Of a DNA stretch of 64,000 nucleotides, positions 46,959-54,302 are shown in pieces; within the stretch, counting starts at the first letter, position 1, and every line of letters starts with the position of its first letter. The stretch spans positions 32,001-96,000 of the IMG/VR virus record IMGVR_UViG_3300021387_000025. One strand, written 5' to 3'. The position numbers and the translations under genes are program-made. The notes under the pieces are model-generated. The model worked only from the letters and a program-made list of their open reading frames with translations, did no database searches and was not told the origin of the DNA. The DNA comes from a virus. Lineage: Duplodnaviria; Caudoviricetes.

Positions 46959-47132
46959 ATGACTCACATCGAATTAGTTGAAAAGATTATTGAAGGTTTT
47001 CAGAAGCAATTTAAAGAATATCCAGTAGAAAGTGAAAACGAAGAAACCTTCCGTCAGGGCATGATTTTTGCTTACAAATACTTAATTGAAGTTTTAAAGA
47101 ACAATGGATATCCCTATATAGAAGAAGATTAA
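46959..47132 (+). CDS. Small protein, 57 aa
   Basis: Cassette promoter and AAGGAG RBS. Confidence 0.65.
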   Translation: MTHIELVEKIIEGFQKQFKEYPVESENEETFRQGMIFAYKYLIEVLKNNGYPYIEED

Positions 47133-47207
47133 AATTTTTCAAAAAGCACTTGACAAAATAAACTTTATAGTGTATAATAGTCTTATCAAAAGAAAGGAAA
47201 TATAAAA

Positions 47208-47339
47208 ATGTTTTACTTTTTAATGAGTCTTTTAAGTGAAAATCCCGCGGGTGGTCCACAGATGTTTGGAGCTTTGTGTGACGGTTTTTATTTTGGAATT
47301 TTGCTTTGTCAGATAGTCAAGGCAATTAGAAGGAAATGA
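47208..47339 (+). CDS. Small hydrophobic protein, 43 aa
   Basis: Cassette promoter and RBS. Confidence 0.6.
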   Translation: MFYFLMSLLSENPAGGPQMFGALCDGFYFGILLCQIVKAIRRK

Positions 47340-47447
47340 GCGAACACTTGTTCGCTCTTGCCCGGGCCGCCAATTTTTGAAAAAGTTCTTGACAAAATAA
47401 AAAAAGTATGCTATAATGAATCTATCAAAAGAAAGGAAATAATAAAA

Positions 47448-47645
47448 ATGGCAACATTAAGTTTGAAAACTGCTATGAACATGATGGATATTGTTAGTTA
47501 TACTCTTTGCCGCACTGTTTGTCAGGATGAGACTTTTAAGACTATGTCTCATGAAGAATTGACCGAATACATAACTAACACTACAGAAGAAATTTTCGTT
47601 GCTTTTTGTGATGAAGTAGGAATTGATGAAATAACAGAATGGTGA
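47448..47645 (+). CDS. Small acidic protein, 65 aa
   Basis: Cassette promoter and RBS; start moved to ATG 47448. Confidence 0.65.
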   Translation: MATLSLKTAMNMMDIVSYTLCRTVCQDETFKTMSHEELTEYITNTTEEIFVAFCDEVGIDEITEW

Positions 47646-48024
47646 TCCCTTCTTTCGTGCCCGGGCGCGGTTAGCATAGACTAACTTGAAAATTTTTTAA
47701 AAAGTGCTTGACATTTTCGGGTGTTTGTGATATACTATATATTGTCAAGGGGAGATAGAAAGCCACGGCAGACAGCGGTACCGCAAGGTATAAAAACAGT
47801 AAGAAAATTTTCAAAAACCCCTTGACAAACTCCACAAAATGTGGTATAATAAAGGTACAAAATCAAGAGGGCGTGAGAAAATGGAAGCGCTTAAAAAAAT
47901 AAAAAAAAGTTGAAAAACCTCTTGACAAACTCAAAAAAATGTGCTATAATAAACACATAAGAAATGGAGATGAACTCCAAAAAAACTTGAGGGTCGCAAC
48001 CTAATAGCGAGAAAGAGGTCTGAT

Positions 48025-48405
48025 ATGACGAATCGTGAATTTCTGAACACCATTATCAATGCAAACATCTCTGATGAGATCACCGCGCAGGCACAGGACA
48101 TGCTTGCAAAGCTGGACGCTCGCAACGCAAAGCGCGCCAGCACTCCGTCAAAGACGGCTGTAGCGAATGAGCCGATCAAGGCAAAGATCCTTGAGCTTCT
48201 CGGCAACGCGACTGAACTGATGACTGCTCCGCAGGTCGGTGAGGCAGTCGGCGTCAGCACTCAGAAGGCTTCCGCACTTCTCCGCCAGATGGTAGAGGTC
48301 GGCACTCTTACCTCGGAAGAGGTCAAGATTCCGAAGAAGGGCAAGATGAAGGGTTACACCCTCGCAGAGGGCGCGCAGTATCTCGATAACGAGATCGCGC
48401 AGTAA
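48025..48405 (+). CDS. Coiled-coil plus winged-HTH DNA-binding protein, paralog C1
   Basis: MTNREF..MTAPQVGEAVGVSTQKASALLRQMV..KGYTL. Confidence 0.75.
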   Translation: MTNREFLNTIINANISDEITAQAQDMLAKLDARNAKRASTPSKTAVANEPIKAKILELLGNATELMTAPQVGEAVGVSTQKASALLRQMVEVGTLTSEEVKIPKKGKMKGYTLAEGAQYLDNEIAQ

Positions 48406-48574
48406 CCCATAGTTAAAACCACAAGGGAGAGAGAAATCTCTCCCATTTTTTCGGTTTCGAGTTAGTCACGACTAACCGTGCCCGGGCCGCCATCCCGAAA
48501 TTTTTTAAAAAGTAGTTGACAAATTAAAAATTTTATGATATAATAAATCTATCAAAAGAAAGGAAGTACCCAAA

Positions 48575-48892
48575 ATGAGAAATTTTGATTGGTTTGATGA
48601 ACTTTATTGTGTTGTTAAAGAAGATGGAACTTTCGCAGGCGTTCCTTGTCAGTCGATTGAAGAAGCAATTGAACTTGCCGCGCAACATGATGGAAGTAAA
48701 ATCTTTGATATGAGACTTGATAATGAATCCCTTTGGGAATATAATGATTATGATCCATATGAAAATATTCGATCTTGGGAAAGAAAATGCGAACAAGATA
48801 TTGAATACATGATGCGGGAAAACGAGGATTATAATTGTGATGATGATACGGGTTATGATCCTTATATGGGTTGTTATACCGATGAGTGTTAA
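48575..48892 (+). CDS. Highly acidic protein, 105 aa
   Basis: Cassette signals; D/E/Y-rich. Confidence 0.7.
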   Translation: MRNFDWFDELYCVVKEDGTFAGVPCQSIEEAIELAAQHDGSKIFDMRLDNESLWEYNDYDPYENIRSWERKCEQDIEYMMRENEDYNCDDDTGYDPYMGCYTDEC

Positions 48893-49183
48893 CCATCGGT
48901 TTGCCCGGGCGCGAACACATGTTCGGTAAAAACTTTTTGAAAAAAGTACTTGACTTTTCGGCGAAAGTATGGTATTATATATATTGTCAAGGGGAGAGAT
49001 AAGCGAGTGAGCGCTCCTCGGTTCAAAAGTCCTGCCGAGTGGCAGATAACAAGTAGATGAAAAAATCTTGAGAAACCCCTTGACAAACTTCAAAAAGTAT
49101 GCTATAATAAGCATGTAAAACAAAAGGAGATGAACTCCAAAACTTAAGGGTCGCCACCATACAGCGAGAAAGGATTTTATACC

Positions 49184-49531
49184 ATGACAAACCGTGAATT
49201 CTACAATGCAATCGTTGACGCTAACCTCTCTGATGAGATCACCGAAAAGGCGCAGGCGCTTCTGGCGCAGATCGACGCGAGAAACGAGAAGCGTGCTTCC
49301 ACTCCGTCGAAGAAGTCGGTCGAGAACGCACCTCTCAAGGATGCAATCGTAGCCCTCTTCAATGACGAGGTTAAGGTTCTCACCGCCGCCGAGGTCGGTG
49401 TTCGTCTTGAGATCACGACTCAGAAAGCGTCTGCTCTTCTGCGTCAGATGGTCGAGGGCGGTGTCCTCACCGCCGAGGAAGTAAAGGTTCCCAAGAAAGG
49501 AAAGGTCAAGGCTTACTCCCTTGTGGGGTAA
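49184..49531 (+). CDS. Coiled-coil plus winged-HTH protein, paralog C2
   Basis: Collinear with 48025-48405. Confidence 0.75.
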   Translation: MTNREFYNAIVDANLSDEITEKAQALLAQIDARNEKRASTPSKKSVENAPLKDAIVALFNDEVKVLTAAEVGVRLEITTQKASALLRQMVEGGVLTAEEVKVPKKGKVKAYSLVG

Positions 49532-49745
49532 CCGCAACACCGAGGGGAGAATTTTCTCCCCTCTTTTTTAGCAAAAAGTTAGTCTTGACTAACTCGCCCG
49601 GGCCGCCATCACAATAAAATTTGAAAAAATTATAATTTTTTTGTATAATATATTTAGAAAAAATAAAAAAGTTTTGAAAAAAACACTTGACAAATCCCAT
49701 TTTATATGATATAATCTACTTGTAAAAAGAAAGGAGATAAACAAT

Positions 49746-50114
49746 ATGGCAACTTCCAAGAAATCCCTTAATGACAAACTTCGTTATCGTTATCTGAACC
49801 TTATTAGTGACTATCTTCATTCACAGGACGAAGAGGTTCTCGTAACTGGTTCGAATGAAATCTGTATCCCTTGTCTTGACGAAGAGGGAAACGATGAATT
49901 TATGGTTATCACTTTCAAGGTTCCCACTGGTTCGCGCGATGGTGACGCATACGACGGTTATGCACTCGCCGAAGAGTACGAAATGAAGTGCAAGGAAAAG
50001 ATGGAAAAGGCGAAAGAGTCCGCAAAAAAGAAAGCGGAAAAGATCGCGCGAGATAAGGCAAACCGCGAAGCACGCGCGAAAGCAAAAGCGGAACATCAGG
50101 CAAAGGAGGCGTAA
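49746..50114 (+). CDS. Hypothetical protein with K/A-rich helical tail, paralog D1
   Basis: TGSNEI..PC.D.EGNDEF..KVPTG..YDGY shared with 51693-52064. Confidence 0.75.
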   Translation: MATSKKSLNDKLRYRYLNLISDYLHSQDEEVLVTGSNEICIPCLDEEGNDEFMVITFKVPTGSRDGDAYDGYALAEEYEMKCKEKMEKAKESAKKKAEKIARDKANREARAKAKAEHQAKEA

Positions 50115-50215
50115 GCCTCCGTTTGTCTGGCCCGGGCAAAAATTTTAAAAAACTGCTTGACAAGTTTAAAAAAGTATGGTATAATAACTATAGAAAACAG
50201 AAAAGGAGAATAAAA

Positions 50216-50422
50216 ATGAGTGATAAAAATAACAACAGTGTAAAATCTGGTATCGGTTTCAGCGGTTTGCTTACAATTGCTTTTGTTGTATTAAAACTAT
50301 GTGGTGTAATCACTTGGTCTTGGTTGTGGGTACTTTCCCCGTTGTGGATTTCAACGGCGATTGTTCTACTGATTGTGATTATGATTTTGATTATTGTCGC
50401 TGTGAATTCAGAAAGTACTTGA
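50216..50422 (+). CDS. Small membrane protein, 68 aa
   Basis: GIGFSGLLTIAFVVLKLCGVITWSWLWVLSPLW, a motif common in phage membrane proteins. Confidence 0.75.
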   Translation: MSDKNNNSVKSGIGFSGLLTIAFVVLKLCGVITWSWLWVLSPLWISTAIVLLIVIMILIIVAVNSEST

Positions 50423-50474
50423 CAAATCAGACTTAATGTGCTATAATAAAACTATCAGAAGAAATGAAAATGAC

Positions 50475-50609
50475 ATGGACGAACACGATAAAAAAGAAAT
50501 AGAAAAACTTAAAAGTTTTAAAAAATGGTATCTTTGGTTTTTGTCAGCTTCAGAAGAAGAAAAAAAAGAATATTTAAGAAACAGATGGAAAGCAGAAGAA
50601 AGGAAATAA
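50475..50609 (+). CDS. Small charged protein, 44 aa
   Basis: Follows promoter 50419; weak RBS. Confidence 0.4.
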   Translation: MDEHDKKEIEKLKSFKKWYLWFLSASEEEKKEYLRNRWKAEERK

Positions 50610-50769
50610 AAATTATAATGATGAAAAAGAGGAGTAATCCTCTTTTTGCCCGGGCCGCGGTTAGTGGAGACTAACTAAAAAAATAAAAAATTTTTTTCAA
50701 AACCACTTGACAAATCGGTTCTTTTATGGTATAATCTCTATTGTAAGTTAAAGAAAGGAACACACTACC

Positions 50770-51411
50770 ATGAATCATCTGATTGTACTTGACACTGAAA
50801 CCACAAACTCCATCGAAGAACCCCTTGCATATGACATTGGTTGGGCCGTCGTAACCGAAGAGGGTAAAGTTCTCAAAACTGAAAGCTACGCTGTGGCTGA
50901 AATTTTCCTTGACAAGGAGCTGATGCAGGTAGCATATTTTGCGGAGAAGATCCCGCAATATTGGGAAGAGATCAAAAACGGTAACCGCAAGCTGGCGCGT
51001 CTGTCAACGATTTTCAAATCTCTTTACGCTGATACTCGCGCCTATGATGTGAAAGAAATCTATGCACACAACGCGCGTTTTGATGACCTCAGCCTCAAGC
51101 TTACTCAGCGCTTTATTAGCGGTTCGAAATATCGTTACTTCCTCCCCTATGGCGTGAAGATGTGCGACACCTTGAAAATGTCAAGAGAAGCCTTCGGCAA
51201 AGACCCTGAATATAAAGCCTTCTGTGATGAAAACAATTACAAGACGCCGAGAGGTCAGCGCAAAATGACCGCAGAAGTTCTATATAGGTTCATCAGTGGA
51301 CAGAATGACTTTGAAGAGGTTCACAAGGGGCTTGATGATGTATTGATCGAAAAAGAAATTTTAATCGAGTGCAGACGGCGCGGTGTGGTTGATGGGTCAC
51401 TCTTCGAGTGA
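50770..51411 (+). CDS. DEDDh-family 3'-5' exonuclease
   Basis: LDTETT, AHNARFD, H.GLDDV motifs. Confidence 0.85.
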   Translation: MNHLIVLDTETTNSIEEPLAYDIGWAVVTEEGKVLKTESYAVAEIFLDKELMQVAYFAEKIPQYWEEIKNGNRKLARLSTIFKSLYADTRAYDVKEIYAHNARFDDLSLKLTQRFISGSKYRYFLPYGVKMCDTLKMSREAFGKDPEYKAFCDENNYKTPRGQRKMTAEVLYRFISGQNDFEEVHKGLDDVLIEKEILIECRRRGVVDGSLFE

Positions 51412-51692
51412 CCCGAAAAACGGCGCCCGGGCGCCCATAAGAAAATCTTATAGAAAAAGTGCTTGACTTTTTCAAGATTCTGTGGTATTATATATATTGT
51501 CAAGAGGAGAGACGACCATCGCAAGAAATCTTGTCGGGAACCCTAACACGGCACGTCCTATGACCGCCGCAGAAGGTGAGGCGTAGGGAGAGAGGACTCA
51601 AAAAATTTTTTCAAAAACTTTTGAAAAACCCCTTGACAAACCTCTGAAAATGTGATATAATAGACCTATCAAAAGAAAGGAAGGTACATAAA

Positions 51693-52064
51693 ATGGCAGT
51701 ATCTCGTAAAACTCTTCGTGACAATCTCCGCACCGCTTATCTCGATCGTGTGATCGCACTCTTCACCGCTGACGGTGAGGAAATCCTGCGGACGGGTTCC
51801 AATGAAATCGCCCTCCCCTGCGTGGACGCTGAGGGCAATGATGAGTTCGTAGTCGTAACGCTCAAGGTGCCGACTGGCGAGCGTGGCGGAGATCCGTATG
51901 ACGGCTACGGCGAGGCCGAGGCCTACGCTATGAAGGTAGCAGAAAAGGCCGAGAAGGCCAAGGAAGCGGCGGCGAAGAAGGCCGCCAAGATTGCCAAGGA
52001 CGAGGCTGACCGCAAGGCAAAGGCCGAAGCCAAGGCGAGAGCCAAGACGGAAAAGGGAGAGTGA
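51693..52064 (+). CDS. Hypothetical protein, paralog D2
   Basis: Collinear with 49746-50114. Confidence 0.75.
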   Translation: MAVSRKTLRDNLRTAYLDRVIALFTADGEEILRTGSNEIALPCVDAEGNDEFVVVTLKVPTGERGGDPYDGYGEAEAYAMKVAEKAEKAKEAAAKKAAKIAKDEADRKAKAEAKARAKTEKGE

Positions 52065-52175
52065 AAACTCTCCTGCGTCTGAAAGGGGTTAATACCCCTT
52101 TCTTTTTCTTCTACAGTTAGTTGTGACTAACTTTGCCCGGGCATCGTCTACCCGGGCGCGCATCCCTAACCTTCC

Positions 52176-52204
52176 ATTATAACACAACTTTGAATTTTTG
52201 TCAA
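52176..52204 (-). promoter_or_regulatory. Leftward consensus promoter firing antisense into the array end
   Basis: TTGACA-N17-TATAAT on the minus strand, no ORF downstream. Confidence 0.7.
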
Positions 52205-52282
52205 GTCTTTTTTCAAAAAAAATTTTCCCTTCTATCTCCCAGCTCACAGCGTCATCCTTGCACACCCATTATCGACCGGGCC

Positions 52283-52401
52283 GTGTCAAATTTTCCCAGG
52301 TGTCAAATTTCCAGGCAGCTGCAAAGCTGCATCAGCTGAGCTGCATTTTCAAATTTTCAGGCAGCTGCAAATTTCAAAAATAAAAAATAGCTGCGGCTGC
52401 A
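52283..52401. repeat. Clustered (C)AGCTGC and TCAAATTT(T)CCAGG repeats
   Basis: About 7 AGCTG/GCTGC units and 3 TCAAATTT..CAGG units in about 120 bp. Confidence 0.7.
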
Positions 52402-52565
52402 ACTTGAAAAATTTTCAATTTTATTTTATAATAAAAGGGGAATAATAATATAAAAATTTAGAGTTTTTTTAAAATTATATCACAAATTTTGAGATTTGTC
52501 AAATTTTCAGCGCGCATTAAAAAAGAGGGAGCATTTCTGCTCCCTCAATTTCATTTATAAAATTT

Positions 52566-52931
52566 TTACTCTTCGGTTGCAAGGACGTAGCCGCGCTGCG
52601 TACCCTTTCCCTTAATCTTTACGTCGACCTTCACGATCTGGCCAGCTTCAACGAGCGGCTTCAGAAGAGACGGTACAGACTGAGGCTTCAGCTCAAGGCC
52701 AGCCTCGTCAATAAGCATCGTCGCCGTCTTCGGCTCATCAGTCACACAAGCGAAAATCGCCTGGCGCAGCGGCTCCTTCTCAGCTGCCTTTTCAGCTGCC
52801 TTCTCGGCAACCTTGGCGCGCCGCTTTTCATTGGTCGCATCCAGCTGCGCAACAGCATCGCGCGCAAACTCGATCATCTCATCAGTTACAGTTCCTTCAA
52901 TTACAGCATTGTAAAATTCACGATTCGTCAT
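52566..52931 (-). CDS. Coiled-coil plus winged-HTH protein, paralog C3
   Basis: MTNREFYNA..QSVPSLLKPLV..VKIKGKG..GY; terminator at 52525-52546. Confidence 0.75.
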   Translation of the reverse strand: MTNREFYNAVIEGTVTDEMIEFARDAVAQLDATNEKRRAKVAEKAAEKAAEKEPLRQAIFACVTDEPKTATMLIDEAGLELKPQSVPSLLKPLVEAGQIVKVDVKIKGKGTQRGYVLATEE

Positions 52932-53066
52932 TTTCTTTAATTCCTTTCATTTTTTTAATATTTTTTTATTATTTTAGGAGAGATAATTGGGTTTATTTTA
53001 TTTCCCTCTCTCATTTTCTATAAATAGTATATCAGATTTTTTAGATTTTTTCAAGTTTTTTCAGCT

Positions 53067-53552
53067 TTAATTTTCTTTTTCTTCGTTTTCGTCCTGATCA
53101 TTTGGATCCATTTCATAAGCAAGATAAAGATTCGCAATTGATTTTGGGCGCCAACCATTACCTATATTTGCCGCAATTGAACAATAAGTTTCCAACTGAG
53201 AGATCGCATCTTCAATCTCTTCAATTTCAGAATTAAATTCCTCAATGGAATTTTTATAATTTTCGCGCTGCTCGATTAACTCGCGCAATGCTTCAGCTGT
53301 CGTAACAGAAATCGAACTACAAAAATTCATAGCTTCGACCTGTCTATCGCGCGCTTCCACACATCTAGCCTTGTCGCCTTTTGCGACTTCTATTGCTACA
53401 TCTAATGTGTCTGCATTTACCTCCCGACAGCTTTCATAAGATACTAAATCTGAAAGGTAACTAAACATTTTAGAACTGCGCGACCAAGTATCCAGCTCGA
53501 TGTAGTAGTTATCTTCGGTTCGTTTGATATAAAGAGTGATGTACGCTGACAT
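53067..53552 (-). CDS. Hypothetical coiled-coil protein, 161 aa
   Basis: Intact ORF; TTGAAA-N17-TATAAT promoter at 53633-53661. Confidence 0.65.
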   Translation of the reverse strand: MSAYITLYIKRTEDNYYIELDTWSRSSKMFSYLSDLVSYESCREVNADTLDVAIEVAKGDKARCVEARDRQVEAMNFCSSISVTTAEALRELIEQRENYKNSIEEFNSEIEEIEDAISQLETYCSIAANIGNGWRPKSIANLYLAYEMDPNDQDENEEKEN

Positions 53553-53563
53553 TTTTAAGCCCT

Positions 53564-54205
53564 ATTATAAGCTGGCTTCGAAGCCGGCTTCGAAGCTCTA
53601 CTTATTTATTCCTTTCTTCATTTTCTATATATATTATAATATATATTTATATATTTTTCAAATTTTTTTCTCCGTATTTTTTGGAAATTTTTCCAAAATT
53701 TGCGTTTTCAGAAAATTTTTCCGAAAATTTTTCGAAAATTTTTTTATAAAAATTTGAAAAAGCTGAAAAGTTGAGGCCAGGTCCCCTTTTAAACCCTTTT
53801 TCAACCTTTCTAACCTTTTCCTATTCCCCGGAATTCGACCTCCCTATGTCATTACACAAACGACCTCCGTGTCACCGGACAAGGCGTCCCCTCGTTTTTG
53901 GACCACGTAACTAAGCTCTAAAGCGTCGCTCTAAAGCGTCTCCGTTCTCCTCACAAGAAAGACCCAAAAGACGCCAATAGCTTATAAGCCAGGCGTCAAA
54001 GCCGGCATCGAGGCTAAACTTTCGCCCCTTTCGGACTCCCTTTTTGGCCCCTTTTACTTATAAGCCGGCATCGCCCTAAAGCTTATAAGCCGGCGTCGAC
54101 GCTTTGCGTCTACGTCACCGCTGGGAAGTTCGGGTTCGCGCCTTCGGCGCTTGCTCCGAATTCCCAGCTCGGCACCTTCAAGTTTTTTCGATAAAGCCAG
54201 CGTAT
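53564..54205. repeat. Non-coding region with AAGCCGGC-type repeats, AT-rich tracts and a long hairpin
   Basis: 22-bp palindrome 53575-53596; TTATAAGCC(G)GC copies near 53983, 54058, 54083; hairpin 54120-54168. Confidence 0.7.
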
Positions 54206-54302
54206 ATATTAAAATTAAATATTTCCTTATACGATTATAAGTAAATTTTTTCAGAAGTTTCTCGAAAATTTTGGAAAATTTCAGATCGTGAAATTTTCTG
54301 GC

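Larger units (their letters stand above)
40862..48925. promoter_or_regulatory. Gram-positive LexA (SOS/Cheo) boxes CGAAC-N4-GTTCG
   Basis: Perfect at 40862, 44791, 47341, 48912; one-mismatch copy at 43019. Confidence 0.7.
40956..51661 (+). promoter_or_regulatory. About 30 near-consensus sigmaA promoters
   Basis: -35 boxes at 40956, 41509, 41795, 42138, 42483, 43056, 43271, 43708, 44068, 44243, 44828, 44973, 45288, 45762, 46463, 46901, 47151, 47389, 47708, 47822, 47922, 48516, 48950, 49080, 49621, 49687, 50157, 50419, 50707, 51463, 51633; -10 box TATAAT/TATACT/TATTAT 16-17 bp downstream, often with extended TG. Confidence 0.9.
42043..52131. promoter_or_regulatory. GTTAG-N6-CTAAC palindromic operator-like motif, 11 copies
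   Basis: 42043, 42080, 42444, 44159, 44191, 46425, 47670, 48461, 49578, 50660, 52116. Confidence 0.85.
41488..52142. repeat. Dispersed GCCCGGGC palindrome, 19 exact copies at cassette junctions
   Basis: 41488, 42063, 42431, 43006, 44179, 44779, 45260, 45731, 46412, 46881, 47360, 47659, 48480, 48903, 49596, 50130, 50648, 51425, 52135. Confidence 0.95.
40854..52157 (+). other. Array of about 30 promoter-gene-hairpin cassettes with conserved junction motifs (early/host-takeover-like region)
   Basis: Repeating unit: hairpin, GCCCGGGC, A/T tract, TTGACA-N17-TATAAT, TATCAAAAGAAAGGA leader, small ORF. Confidence 0.9.

Noticed and set aside
48990-49056. HDV-like (theta) ribozyme suggested by GCTCCTCG
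   Set aside because: Could not build P1, P1.1 or P2 pairings, and there is no upstream tRNA
48533-49540. 335-aa minus-strand ORF
   Set aside because: Runs antisense across two cassettes and their promoters; no RBS; implausible composition
42043-52131. Classical integron attC sites
   Set aside because: Arms do not fit RYYYAAC..GTTRRYY/GTTRRRY order and spacing, cassettes carry their own promoters, and there is no tyrosine integrase in the window; only the analogy is kept
41488-52142. CRISPR array
   Set aside because: Repeats are 8-16 bp, irregularly spaced by 300-1200 bp and separated by whole genes; no cas genes
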